DNA from: Chrysomallon squamiferum
Taxonomy: Eukaryota > Animalia > Mollusca
Reading direction: 5' to 3'
NCBI GenBank assembly: GCA_012295275.1
Contig: CM022673.1
Coordinates: 13,020,001 to 13,084,000, forward strand
Length of the DNA: 64,000 bases
A program made the translations under genes and the position numbers. This document shows positions 11,182 to 25,719 of the stretch, one piece after another. Each line of letters begins with the position of its first letter. Positions within the stretch are counted from its first letter, which is position 1. The notes beneath the pieces were generated by a model. It was not told where the DNA came from. It did not search any database and worked only from the letters and a program-made list of their open reading frames with translations.

Positions 11182-14100
11182 CAATAATATCTTGTAAAAA
11201 CAGACCTATTCTCTATATTCTGTGTACAGAAGTAAACAGCTGTTATAAATATTCATGTGGGCCTCACTCAATAATTAACAGTGCTTTGAGACCCTTGTCA
11301 AAAGCTGACGGAGTCTTGCAATAACAAAACTATGTAGCCAATGAGAATTTCCAGTGAAGATGTGTAAAATGATTAAGTCCATTTGTAAGGTTAATAAAGG
11401 GTGCAGGAATCAATTATGCCAGCTTTGTTAGACAATCTCCTTTAATATTTTGATGAAAAAAAAGGTGGCCATATTGGATTTTCAGGATGTGCACTGGGTT
11501 TTAATAAGTTCTAGAATTTGTCCGTGTTAGACCTGCGATGTCAAATTGATTGTTATTGTTAAATTAAGTCAACTTGCTTTCACAGTGGTTAATGGAAAAG
11601 GTCAGAGGGTATGCCAGGAAAGACGTGCTTGGACATTTGCATGCATGCAGACTGCTAAAAATTACCCATACTTGAGGAAGTATTAGACATTTTTAAGAGA
11701 CTGTAATGTTTAAGGATTTTTTTAATTTATTATTTTTTTATTTTATTTTGTTTTTCATGGGCTTTTAATTTTTATTTTTTCTGTTGGTTTTTTTTTTTTT
11801 TTTTTTTTGTTGATGATATTTAGAAATTACTATAGCTCTTCATTTTATGATAATCATAGTCATCAAGTGTTAAAATTAAAGATTAAAAATAATAAAGATA
11901 ATTGTAACAATGGTATTCTGATTTCAACAAAAGCAATAAGCAGTCTGTTATAAGCATCTCTGACAGCTTTTGATAAACTGGTCATGGTACCTGGCTGGAT
12001 TGGGAATAGGCTCAATGGATGCAAAAACAGACAAGTTACAATGATAAAAATATGACATAAATTTTAAATTTTTGTTGTTAGTTTTAAAAATAAATATTTC
12101 TTTCCTTTCTTTCAGTGCCTCTTTGTATCTTGCATTTTTCAAAAACTAGAAGGTTTATTCCAAATCCACTAAACTTTACTGTTTTCACTCTCTGAATTGA
12201 TTTCTGTTTGTTGTATTTATTAAAAGCATGTAGCAACAATAAAACGACTTCGTATTCATCCAATCACAATATGTCACAGAACTCTTCAGCCATGAAAGAC
12301 AGATTAATATTTCACTTGATGTCAAATTTTAGGCGTCTGTGATTTTGACGTTTTGTCAATTCTGTTCCGTGTTGTTGGTAGAAACACAGGAAACGGAGAG
12401 AGTGAAAATTTACATAGTAGTTTTCGGTTTGTAAAAATCTGATCATGTTGCAGATTTTTTTGAAAACCAAATTCCAGACCATAAATCATCATTTCTGTCA
12501 TTATCTGCATGAAAAATACATCAACAGAGCATTGAGGTTTCTCACGTTTGTCTATGTTAACGTTTCAGAGTTTTATGTCATGATAATAATGATGTTTCAG
12601 GTTTATGAAATATAGGTGAAATGTGAAACAAAAAGTTTGTTTCTGGGGTATCGTATTCAGTACTTCATCATTTCAGAATCCACCTAACACTTCATAATAA
12701 AAGATTTATGCCCAATATAAATTTTCACTTTTTTTTTTCAGTTTTGGTATTTTTGATTAATACATAATGCTTACTCATAACGCTAGTTTACAATGTTCGA
12801 ACTGTACTGACATGATATTAAAATAATGCCTGACTACTGAATATGTGCAGCAACAACAACAACAACATGCCATGTTCTATTTAAGACTGTTATACTCTGT
12901 GTGTGTGTGTGTCTGTGTGTGTTTTCTATGTACTACATGTGTAGGTGTGTCTGGATGTATGAGAAGTGTGTGTGTTCTGTATGTGTGTGTTTCTGTTTAT
13001 TTTTGCCCATGTTTCTCTGTGTTTTTACATGTTTGTGCTTACACATTTTTTTCCTCATATGATCTAGATTCTGTGTTTGGTTTATGTTAATATCTCGATA
13101 ACTTAACAGACACCCAGCCATTTCTTTCTCCTTTCTATCTTTTCTACAATCTTAAGTGGCTTCAGTTTATCTTTCGCATGGCAGACGGTTCACAAATCAG
13201 AGAAAAGTGCATTTAGCAGAGCTGTTAATGGCTGAAGCATTTGTTAAACTGTTTATAATTGTATAAAACATACCCAGTTTATCATCTGTTTATGTAAATG
13301 GCCCGAAGAATTTATCAGCTGTTTATGTAAATGATATAAAGAGTTTATCCATTGTTTATGCAAACTGATAAATAAGAACCGTGTTTATTAAAAATGTCTG
13401 GTGAATGGATAATGTAAAATGTTATTTTAAACTGATATTAAAAAAATATTCACTTTCTTTTGTAATTGTTTTTATTTTTATTTTTTATTTTTTAATTTGT
13501 TTTTAAAATATTTGTTATTATTATTATTATGTTGTTGTTGTTATGTATAATATTAATTCATTCAGTATTGCAAGATACTGTTCAATCGTAAATTTTAGTA
13601 ATTTTTATGTAACAAAAAAAAAAAAACAAAATAAATAATTCTGAAATTGTTTTTTAAAAACATTTTCACATTTCAAAATAAAATCTTAACACTCTAAACA
13701 GCAATGAAGAAAAAAAAAAAAAAAAAAAAAATGCAAGAAAGGGAAAAAAAAAAATGTAACAAAGGGGAAAAAAAAAAAAAAAGCGCTAAAATATCTCTTC
13801 CTCAATATTTGTCCATAAAACAATTTGCACAGACATACATCTTTCCTTATTTGATCACTAAGTGTCGCTGGTGACAGAAATCTGCACGGTTACAGGAACC
13901 AACAGTGTGATAACCGTGGTATTCCACTGTAATCCCCTTTCAGCAGGGAATCGGTTAATTTGGAGACAATGATATATTTCGTCTTAATCTCTCTCTCACT
14001 GCATGGAGCAAAGTTCCCTGTTAGAGACAAATCATTCTGCAACCTTTTGCCTTTTCCCACTGACAGTAATAAAAGTAACAAACCTCCAGGCAACTGAATA

Positions 14101-15939
14101 CCAAAGTTTAAATTAGTCTCTTGCTATGTTTTTCTTTTTTTTATTTTTTTTTTTTTTTATTCTGCTTGTCCCATGATGCTTTGCATTTCCTAATTACACG
14201 TGAAGCTTAATGAATGTTGAGCTTCGCCCAAAACCTTTTTTTTTTTTTTTTTGATTCTTTGGCAAATTGTTTTTAGATGAAGAGACAAGACCAAACATGC
14301 TAATCCGCTAGCTTTGGTAGTAAAACCCTTTATTAATTGTGATGGCTTGTGCTTGTAGAAATTATAAAACTTGTTTTTTTATTGTTATGTTGTTGGTTTT
14401 CACTATTTTTTCAGGGTGTTTTTATTTTTTTGGGGGGGTGGGGGTCATTTATCTGGTTATTTTTATTAAAAAATGTATTACAGCTATAATCTTTTAGATG
14501 TTATAACCTGTGAAAATTTTAACAAGAACAATATTAGGAATCTATAGATTTTTTGTTAATTCTCCATATGTTCTTTATTTTCTTAACCTCACTGCAGGTA
14601 TATTGATATATTGATTTCCGAACCATCTGGGAACCGAAATAAAGATTTCAAAAAGTAGAATTACGGTACACTTAACTCTCATAACAGACTGTAAATGAGT
14701 ACATCAAGGATTTATCAATTCAGTCTAGCATGGCGTAAGCACACTAGAAAACCGGCCATAAGAGAATCTTGGTTATTAAGCTTGACAGATGGGCCAAAAG
14801 ACATTTTGAGATTGCTTGGCTAAAAATTACTGAGAAATGCAGTTTGTGTCAAAGGGCCAGTAGTTTACTGTGGCAGTTTTTCTAAATGTGAAAGCAGCTC
14901 TTTGCTCTGGCAAGTCTTGTTTTGAGAAGCAGAAAGTGTAGAATGGTTGAGAACCTTGAGGCAGCAGTTTGCTGTGTAACAGTCTGAGAAAGTGAAATGA
15001 ATTATTGTATATGGCAAAAGGACAACTGATACAGTAGTATTTTTTGATATAACATTTTCAAAAACCAAAACTGACAGCACTTTCTGTGGCATACAGCATC
15101 TTGTTAGAGAAATATTCTGGATATTTCTGTAGGAAATTTAAAAACTAAAATGGCAATGCTACATGATACAGAAACATTCTGAAAATCAAATGAAGGATTT
15201 GACTTTGGAAACCCTGAAAACCAAAATATGAAGTACTTATCCAAGTTTTAATTTCAGAAATCAAAACAGAAAATACACTAGTATATTAAAGACAAAACAG
15301 ACAACTTTTCTTTGACAAAATGAAAACCAAAATTGCAATGCTTTACTATAGAAATGCTTTAAAAAGTTAAACAAAAATGTTTTTATCTTAGCAATGTAAT
15401 ACCACAGCAACACCTTCATTACATAACCCATAATGGAAAGACTTTTCTATAACACAATGAAAACTGGAAAAGTTATTTAAAAAAGAAATTGAAAATTCTC
15501 ACAAGAGACAGTATCAAACTTGAAAACCCACAAACAGTTTGAAGCTTTCTCTTTTCCTCTGATTTCCACTCCCAAAACACAAAGCAAGAATAAGTCTTCA
15601 AATAATGTAACAGAAAAAATTGGCAGAGATTTTTTACTGCTTCCAGTAACAGAAGTAGAACTCTTGTAAAGATTCACGTTATTACAACATGACAGATTAC
15701 ATCAGCACTGGACAAATATTCAGGAAAAGAAACACCACAGAAGTTTTGAATTAGTCGTGAGTTTCAGTAACATTATTAGATGTTGACTGCACAGGTATCT
15801 CGTATTTACCTATACTACTATCTTGTATATGCCTGAACTAGCATATTGCATGAACATTATAGCCATTGCTTATTAATGTGCTCTATGTCCTGAAATCCTA
15901 TAGTTATATATAAATATGTTATATATAAATATGAGGTAA

Positions 15940-15941
<2 letters not shown>

Positions 15942-16014
<73 letters not shown>
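15942..16014. repeat. (AG)n microsatellite
   Basis: Direct sequence. Confidence 0.95.
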
Positions 16015-16017
<3 letters not shown>

Positions 16018-16588
16018 AGAAAGAGAAAAAAGAAAAAGAAAAAGACTGAGACTGAGATATAATAACAGACACAGACAGAGAGAGATCATTTCTGCTTCTT
16101 CAAAATGCTGAAGATATGTGTAGACATTAATTTTTTGACTAATCTAGTTGTGAACAGCCATGGTAAACCTTTCTTTCACTTTGGAGAGCAATTTCAGAAA
16201 CTAATCAAAAGATTATCAGGCAAGTAACACAAGTTATCTCCCTCAGCCACTCTCCTGTGAAAGGAAAACACATAGATCAAGAAGTCATTGGTAAAAGATG
16301 TAGAAGTCTTGTTGTGAACTTTGAATCGCAGACAACACCACTAACCCTTTCATCTTCGTGTGAAATCAAGTGAAAAAGAATAAATTAAATCAAAATTCTT
16401 TCACTTCTGGAGTCTGTTTATCGCAGTAACAGCAGTAAAACTGATAAAAATAATCTTTCTTTTTCTTAAAGCACGTATGTCTTTGGTTAAGAGACATATT
16501 AAATTTTATGAGTGAAAGAAAAAATTATTTTAATTTGACGAGTGTTTATCTTGGTAGAAGTAATACAGTCAGAAAGATAAAAAAAGCA

Positions 16589-16626
<38 letters not shown>

Positions 16627-19600
16627 ATTAAAAACACAGAGTTAAACTAATTTGTTTACACACATTTCAAAAACAGATGAAAAAAAACAAGAAAAAACAA
16701 AGTTAATTAACAAAAGCATTAAATTGCACCTGGTTTAACCTGATCAAAGCTAAATTCTGAAACAGGTGAAAAATAAGAGAGAAACTTTTAGAACACTTGT
16801 ACTTGAATTAAGACATACTTAGGCTAAAACCTGATTTAAATTTTGTTTAAATACATTTCAAGTTGAAGAAAAAAGGCTGTGAAGTTTTAATCTTAATTAA
16901 CAAGGCAAACATTCTTATAAAAATAATTGTTTTGGTTTTAATTTAAAAAAATAATAATAATAAAAGATGTATCAGTTATACAAAGAATTTCTGACAGCTT
17001 GAGAAACACATAAAATTCCATCCAAAATATAGTCTGACATAAACTGAAGTTAAAAAAAAAAAATTCACGATTCAGTTTAGTTAATCTTGATAAAAGCAAC
17101 ATTCCACATTCTCAAAAAAATATAAAAAATAAATAAAATGAAAAATATAAAAAAATATAAAAAAAAAAAATAAAAAAATTCCAAAAATGTAGAAGAATTC
17201 TGGATCACATCCCTAACAGTAAAAAAAAAAAGTGTTAAATTCCATTGACTCAGTTTTTTATGAACACAGATCCAAGGATCCCAGGATCTCGTAGACAACA
17301 AAACCAACATCTGGAATGCCAGGACACTGAGCATCAAATAAGAAAACAAACATGGCCACCGTGTGTACAAACAAAACATGCCAAACGTAACCTTATTAAA
17401 AGATTTGGCCCCGTTGTGTGCCAGCTAAGCCTGCTTATTGGAAGGGGCCATGCCTGTGTACCTAACTATTACATAAAGTCTTACACAATGCACACTGGCA
17501 TCAACATTCCTCCTTCCTTTGTCACTGTCTGCCTTGGGGAGGATTCCTCGCCCATGTATAAGGGTGGAGTAGAATTGTAAGATGGTGCAGAAATACTAAA
17601 TCATTTATGAAAAATGTGACTTGGTTTTTTTTCTTTATTATTATAATTTTTTTTCTTCTTCTAAGAATTACTGGGGAATTCATTTTTTTGTAATTCTTTT
17701 AAATGAAAATTCTTGGTGGCAGACATTATACATAGATTTCCTGGATTCTGTTATTTTTGAAGGTATAATTTATTACACATTTGCAGGCTTTCAACCTTCA
17801 TTTGTAGGAGTAACATTTTCATCTAACACAAATATTAAGAGATGTCTTCGTTTAATTTCAGTAATTCTACATCACAATCTCAACAGCCAAGGAAAATTAT
17901 TTCACACAAAGGAAAATCTCAACTTTTACACTGTTGGTTTCTTATCCAGATTTGTACCTAATGTGCTGGTAATAAATGTTTTCAGTTTTGATCCTCAACA
18001 AAATAATTGTTCCATTTTTTTTTACAACTGCACTTCTGACACAAGGTCACCTTAACTGAATCTTACGGAAATCATTTCCAGCACAGAAATCATTTTAATT
18101 TGAAGAAAAAATAAAAACAAAACCAAAGCTGACACATCAGTGATAACAGCTAGTCAGTCGTTTCAGAGGAAAGAAAAACATTTTCCCTGAAGCAAACTGG
18201 AAAATGGTAAACTTATCCATCTGTGGCAATTATAAGAAATGTCCAGCTAATAAGGTTCCTTGTGGCACTTAATCTTCTTCAAAACAAACACCTATAATTG
18301 GATTTGCAGTGTTATCTGAATAAAAATGTAAAAAAAAAAAAAAAAAAAATCCTTTTTTAACATTTTTTTTCTAAAAATCTTAAATGTAAAAAAAGTTGAA
18401 AATTAATATTAATTAACAGTCTTAAAGAATTTTTGAAATTTATGATATTTTCTATGAAACTAATTTCATTTATGTTCTCAGTAAAGTGACCATCTGGAAT
18501 GTAACAGTTAATATGACAAGACTGTTTTTTTTTTTTTAGAAAATATTATTTTACTGAGTTCAAGTTGAAAACTACTTTCTTAACCTCCATGTTCTTTTGA
18601 CCTGGAGGCCTGAGGTGACTGCAGGTGATTTGGAAAAGAATATATTTTCTTAGAAAACAAAATATAGTGAAATGCTTGAAGGTGTGTCTGCTGACCACAA
18701 GAAAACACAGATCTGATTATCTGTTGGCAGCACATGTGGTTTGCAACAACACTTTGTAGTCACTCTGTTTGTAGAAGAAGACTTCTGTCAACACAGAGAG
18801 ACAAAAAGAATTTTAAAAATATTAATAGTTAAAAAAGAAAAAGAAATCAAAAGATAAAAAAAACAATTGAAAACAACAAAATTATATATAAAAAATATAA
18901 TAATAATAAGAAGAAGAATAACAAAAACTAATAATAATGATGATGATGACAGTAATAAAATGGTAATTATCTTGTAACTGTTACAGAACAGGTATAAAGT
19001 ACAGTGATTTGAAATAACAGATAAAAGGGTAGTGCTTAATGCAAAACTTTATTACAGACAGAACCGTATATATATAGTATTTACTTTTTGCGACTGAAAA
19101 CACATAAAATTTGTTAACATTTCTCTGAAACGAAACAGACAATTTGACTTCCATTAATTTGCAAAGAGCTGACATATTGGATTGCAAAGTAACACAAAAT
19201 TTATCACAAATGTATGAAAAACAACAAAACAAACAAAATCAGTATTACATTAGATTTGTTTTTTCTCTCACAAATAACAATACTCCATCCTACACCAGGC
19301 CTCTAAATGGATCAGTTAATTGTCTCTGAATTCTTCCCAGCTTTTTGTATGTTTTCCTTGCCTGCAGCAACTGTTCTTCCATTACATGCAAAATGAATCA
19401 TTTAGAAATAAAGCTTGTTTGCCCAGCACACTGTTCAAACATCAAGGTAACCGTTTTACATACACTGTTTCTGTTTTAACCATCTTTAAGTATTAACAAT
19501 AATAAACAACGGTACATGTTAAGTGTGTAATAAATATAATCATATCTGTTAACTATCAAAAAAACAAACAAATATTGTGATACTGAGTGTTCTATAAAAA

Positions 19601-20093
19601 CAAGTATTGTACAGGTTAAGTATTAAACAGAGCATAAAAATTCTGTATGCTTCAAACTATTATTTTGTTTTTATTTGTTACTGGCAGTCTACCTTTACTA
19701 ACAATGAAGTATAATTTTCAAGATGCATGAAGTGTGAATTTTTTGTTTTCATTATTGTATCATTTTTGGATATGAGAAGTATTTATTATTGCATTAACTT
19801 TTTATTATTCAGAAATTTTATATATAAACTTTTTTTTTTTTTTTTTTTACTTTTGACATAAAAATAATGATCAGACACTTAATTTCGTTTCAGTAAACAG
19901 TTTTTATATTATTGTAAACCCCAGACATCACCTTTACAAGAAGAAAGAAAGACACTGCACACACACACTTTTGTACCTGTGATAATCCTCTTTGTTTTTC
20001 TTACCAACAGAGACCTGTCACTTGCACACACCCCGAAAACCATTATCAACATATCTCAGACAGCATAGTTAACAACATGTCTGTCTGTATGAC

Positions 20094-20355
20094 TGGAGGG
20101 AGTTCCAGAGGAGGGAGTTCCAGAGGATGGAGGGTTAGACAGGCAGTGTGCAGCAGGGATGGAGGGTGATGACAGGGGAAGGAGGGTATGACAGGGATAG
20201 GGGGAGGCTGACAGGGATGAAGAAAGATTACACCCACGGAGGAGGAGGGGGGGATGACAGGGGAGGAGGGTAATGATAGAAACAGGTGGGTGATCACAGA
20301 TGAAGGGCATGACAGGGAGACAGAGGGTGATGGTGGGATAGGGGATGGAGGAAGC
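20094..20355 (+). repeat. G/purine-rich low-complexity tract (GGAGGG / GATGACAGGG repeats)
   Basis: Many GGG runs and recurring TGACAGGG. It produces the spurious Pro-rich minus-strand ORFs. Confidence 0.8.
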
Positions 20356-20509
20356 AATCCACTGGTAGCTGTTGCTGGAAAAAACCGAGCTCTTTCAATA
20401 AAAATTATTGCAGGTCTAATCCGAAGCAGGCGAGATACAAATTCTCATATCGCAGTGTTATTATGCTGATCCCTCCATACAGCATGCAATCTAATATTTC
20501 TCACAAAAT

Positions 20510-20549
<40 letters not shown>

Positions 20550-21057
20550 GCAATAATACCATCGGAGTGCTTCTGCAATATTCATTAAACCTTCAGTGTG
20601 TGACTTTTTACAGCTAGTACACGTTTTCTGTGTGTTTAATGCGTTGTTTTCACACCTCCTGTTGTGTTTGATCTCTCGTCTCGGAGGACAACACAAAACT
20701 CAAAATTAAATTCCTCCGAACATCAAAGATGAAAGGACAAAAACTGGTGATAGAACAAATCGAATCAAAAAAAAAGCATATATATGTGTGTGTACGACAT
20801 GAAACATACATGCAGAACACTGAGTGATGTCTGTGTGTAATTGTGTTTTAATGCAATCACATGAAATGAGAAATGCTTTTCTAATCTGGTTTTTGTGTTG
20901 TTAGTTTAACAGGAAGAAATAAAATGTTTGCTTTTTAATATTACATTAACTTATTGACGTATGTATGTCTGTACGTATTCCTCTGGGGTATTTATGTATG
21001 TGTGAATGTAGAGTTATCTACATTTTTTTCTAAATTAAGTGTGTGTCTGTGTGCATG

Positions 21058-21061
<4 letters not shown>

Positions 21062-21108
<47 letters not shown>
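21062..21108. repeat. (TG)n microsatellite
   Basis: Direct sequence. Confidence 0.95.
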
Positions 21109-21110
<2 letters not shown>

Positions 21111-21642
21111 ATGAAAGCTTTTTTTTGTAACACCCCAGCACAAATAAAAAATAAAAAAATCTAAAATGCACTCCTGTATACTACTGCACACACACACAAT
21201 TCTCTGGTCTATATACACAACATTACCTAATAAAATATTTTCACTTGATCAAACAACCCTACAATCTGACACACTACCACAGTGTAAACATTGAATTTCC
21301 TTGTTTTTATTACACCAGAGTTAAAAAAAAAAGAAAAAAAAAAAAAAGAAATCATAATAATAATAAAAAAAAATATCTCGCAGGGAGGGAGTCTGTATTC
21401 TGTTTAACAATCTGTACACATTTGACACTGATGAAAATAAATGATGAACGTTGGGAAATCTCCGACACTGTGGCCTCATGGGAAATTGGTATGAGGAAGA
21501 GAGAGCTAAGTGATGATGGGACGGAGATATCCAGTGATAATGAGAAGTGTGGGGAACTGTCGGTAAATCACTGAGAGTCCGCAAATTGATCACGGAGCAG
21601 AATGGAGTGATGTAATGTGGCGTGCGTGCTGAAAAAATGTGC

Positions 21643-22245
21643 AGAAATTGATGTAACGTGGATCTTGTATAGAAAAAAACCAAAATGTAGAGAAATTGAT
21701 GTAACGTGGATCTTGTATATAGAAAAAACAAAAATGTAGAGAAATTGATGTAAGGTGGATCTTGTATTGAAAAAACAAAAATGTAGAGAAATTGATGTAA
21801 GGTGGATCTTGTATTGAAAAAACAAAAATGTAGAGAAATTGATGTAAGGTGGATCTTGTATAGAAAAAACAAAAATGTAGAGAAATTGATGTAACGTGGA
21901 TCTTCTATAGAAAAAACAAAAATGTAGAGAAATTGATGTAACGTGGATCTTGTATAGAAAAAACAAAAATGTAGAGAAATTGATGTAACGTGGATCTTGT
22001 ATATAGAAAAAACAAAAATGTAGAGAAATTGATGTAAGGTGGATCTTGTATTGAAAAAACAAAAATGTAGAGAAATTAATGTAACGTGGATCTTGTATAG
22101 AAAAAACAAAAATGTAGAGAAATTGATGTAACGTGGATCTTCTATAGAAAAAACAAAAATGTAGAGAAATTGATGTAACGTGGATCTTGTATAGAAAAAA
22201 CAAAAATATAGAGAAACTGATATAATATTGGATCTTGTATAGAAA
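21643..22245. repeat. 47-49 bp minisatellite, about 13 copies (AGAAATTGATGTAA[C/G]GTGGATCTTGTATAGAAAAAACAAAAATGTAG)
   Basis: Direct tandem copies start near 21643, 21691, 21740, 21787, 21834, 21881, 21928, 21975, 22024, 22071, 22118, 22165 and 22212. Confidence 0.95.
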
Positions 22246-23094
22246 TGTGTATTAAGATGCGTTTATCTTTTGTAAGTATATATGACAATATGAGAAAGAG
22301 ACATCTTGTAGAGAAATAAATGCATAAAGAAGTTGTCTATACAACAGACAAACTTATAGAGAAATCTATATAATAGGATGTTCTATACAAGAGACAAACC
22401 TGCACAGAAATCTATATATATTAGATAGAGTCTCTGTATGAGAGCAATGGCAGCACATGTTTGAGAGAGCCATTACTATATGGGATGAAAGACCTACACT
22501 GTGCAATAAATTCAATTTGCTAATCCGATGAGAAATGGTGCATGCTGTAGAGAGAATGATTCACTTTGTGAACCCATACCAGGGACAAACATAAAAACTG
22601 TCCGGAAAATTGAATTTAAAAAAAATATATATTTTGTTATGGAGCCTGTTATTAAAGGCCATCTTGTAGTACTAGTTCATGATTTCATTATATTTAATGT
22701 TTTTATGGTTATGTGTATATTTTATAGTTGGCAATAAAAAGAAGTGTATGAATGGACTGGTATTTTGTTCAGTTATACCAGGCTGGCTCAAACCATTATA
22801 TATTAATGGTTATTACATAAGAAATATACAGTTTTGTAGGATTAATATTATTAATGAATGCAAAAAAAAAACAACTAAAACTAAACAAAAAAATTGTAAC
22901 AATTAAAAGATATGACCTTCAAGTCAGTATTAATCTAGGAAAAAAGAGTCTTTCTTAAACAACACTAAATTTAAAAATTAATCTGGATTTGGCAACACTG
23001 TATAAAAATATTTTAAACAATTCACCTGGGGTTCGACATTAACCAAAATGAACACAAAAGACGTTTTATTATCTTCACCAACAGGGGGCGGGAC

Positions 23095-23133
<39 letters not shown>

Positions 23134-25719
23134 ACAGTCTGAGTTGTATCTGCTCAAAGCTCACACAGAATTAGTGTGAATGTAAGCTGGACCGTTGAGC
23201 ACATTAGGTAAATATTATGTCTGTCATATTTTCATGGAGATCACTCTTGTGGTGGAGTTGTGCAAACATGATCTGCTAGGCAATGACAGAAAAGAAGAGA
23301 CTTTTGTTCCTTTCAATGCTTCAATACATGAAGAAAATGGGAAGAAAAGAAATGAAAGAATGAGAGAAAGAATGAACTGAAGAAAGGAAGAAAGAATGAT
23401 GGAAAAGAAAGTAGGGAAAAAGAATGAGAGAAAGAATGAAAGAAAAAAGGAGAAGAAAGAATTAAAGAAAGAAAAGAAAAGTAACAAAAGGAAATAAAAG
23501 AAAGAAAGAATGGAAAACAGAAGAATAAAAGAAAATATCACAAGAAAGAAAGAAAGAAAAAGAAATTAATTGTAGCTATGTAAACAAAGTGCCACTTTTT
23601 CCAAAGTAACAGAAGTTAAATTACTATTTTCAATTCTTCCTTACAAAAAGATGAAAAGAAAAAAGAGGTGAAAGAAATAATGAACAAAAAGAACGTAAAA
23701 AAAAAAAAGATTAGCAGTTGTTACATAAATACTGAAGAGATTCTGCATTTTTAATAAAACTTTTTATTTTCAATTATAATATAAAAAAAAATGTTTATAA
23801 AGCAGAGTATAGTGAAAGAAACTGTCAAAAGAAGATGATGAATAAAAACCTCCAACAAACTGTAACTGGGTAAATATCAGCATGACGTGCTATTGAAATA
23901 CGGAAAAAGAAATATTTCATTTTATGAAGAAAAAAAAAAAGGGTGAAAGAAAAGAAAAGTAAATAAACAAAAATGTTTTAAAAAAAGATTCATATACTGA
24001 AATAAATGTAGAATTTTTATTTTATGTTTGACCTCAGAAAAAAGAAAGGGACAGAGAGAAAAACGAAAAGAAAATAAAACGAAAAAAAGGAAAGTAATAC
24101 AAGAAAAGGAAATAAAGAAAAAGTAAAGATAGAAAGAAGAAAATTGTTTTAAAAATGTAAAGGAAAATGAAAAAATAAAAAAAGATTACATGAAAGAAGG
24201 AACAAAAGAAAGAAAAAGAAAAGTAAAACATGAAAAAAAATTTTTTTAAAATAAACTAGGAAAGTAAAAATCATGAAAAAATAGAAAGAATGTTACATTA
24301 GCCTTGGTTATATAAACAACAACATTAAAACAAATTAATTTTTTTTTTTTTTTTCACAACCGACAGATCAATAAGTTATGAAAGAGAAATGCTGAAGAGT
24401 ATGAAAACTCTGAGAGATAAATCATTTCAGCAATTAGGAAATTGCAAACCGACAAATGAAAACAGCAAACAGTTTGTACAAACATGATGCCGTTCTCGCG
24501 GCATTATGCCGTGTTTGCTCCGTGTCGACTTCGTGGTGCACGGCCACGGCTTGAATCAATACGGCATAATATTCAGAAACGCACAGAATGATGGGAAGGA
24601 ACTGCGAGGTGATACACCACTGAAAGGAGAAAGATGATGCATGATCGGTGAGACAACAAACTGTCAGGCAAAGTAGGTCCCACAGTGCTCATATGTCAGC
24701 AACAGAAAAGAGTAACTCTTGTGTCAAGATTGGAAAAAAGAGTAACTTGTGTCAATAATGGAAAAAGGTTAACTCCATGTCAGTTTGTTAAAAATGGAAA
24801 ACAAAAAGAAACTCCATGTTTTGTCAAAAAAGGTTAAAAAAAAATGGAAAACAGAAACTCCATGTTAATTTAAAAAAATATGACCATAATACAAAGAGTA
24901 TCTCTGTGTTGGTGTATCAAGAGAGAAAACTAGATTTGGCAAAATTGGTTTTGTTAAATTGTTTTCTTAACACAATGCCAAATTGTTATTGTAAAAATAT
25001 AAAGAATCAAATTTCAAAACAATTTTGAATCAGTTATGACAGTTTAACATAAGATCACTTTTAAGAAATTATTTCTCCAGATATCTAAGGTTTTATCAAA
25101 AATCATACAACTTATGGTAGAGTTACACAAAATACTATAATAAAATATATATATATATGTCACTCTAATACAGTATACAGCCATCTAATAAAATATACAT
25201 GATTCTAATAAAATATAGACCGCTCTTGTAATATGCACACCACTCTATATATATTATCATGGGTCATCTCTCTGATTTCATTAGATCTTCAAGCCTATAA
25301 GGATTTCCTTTGATATGGAAATAGCATTTTTCAATAAAGCAGACGTAATGAAATTACCACTCTCATACGAAGGTAAGTAAACATTCAAACATTCATCCAT
25401 CTCTGAGCTCTGTGTACACAGTCTTTATACACTTTCCTGACATGCAGAAAGATCAATGTTGTCATCCCAGTTATGTAATGCATTGAGGAACAACAAGCCT
25501 GAATCCTGTTGACTGGAAAGTAAAAACGGAATGAAGCCAGCATAATCACGCAAGATGACATATAAAAATATCAGAATTGTAAACAGAGATGTGTTAAGAA
25601 CTGGCATGAGACCACTGGCATCTGCACATCATTTGATACGTGGTATTATGCCATTATTGTTAGTCACGAACCAGATATTGTCATATTATGGTACGGATCA
25701 TTTTTAAAAGCTGTATTAC

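Noticed and set aside
13915-13935. Minus-strand QWNTT as a possible ephrin exon 1 (W-N motif)
   Set aside because: No N-P, no phase-2 donor after it and no evident upstream signal peptide.
17245-18055. Plus-strand ORFs of 111 aa and 144 aa
   Set aside because: Non-ATG starts, no recognisable domain or transposase/RT motif, and a composition typical of non-coding AT-rich DNA.
20046-20357. Proline-rich ORF (103 aa) on the minus strand
   Set aside because: It comes from a G-rich low-complexity tract and has no convincing splice sites or domain.
21321-22203. Long minus-strand ORFs (262 aa and 211 aa)
   Set aside because: They are translations of the 47-bp minisatellite, with the same peptides recurring in all three frames. 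No splice or domain evidence.
21643-22245. CRISPR-like appearance of the regular repeat
   Set aside because: The units are contiguous with no unique spacers, there are no cas genes, and the context is eukaryotic.
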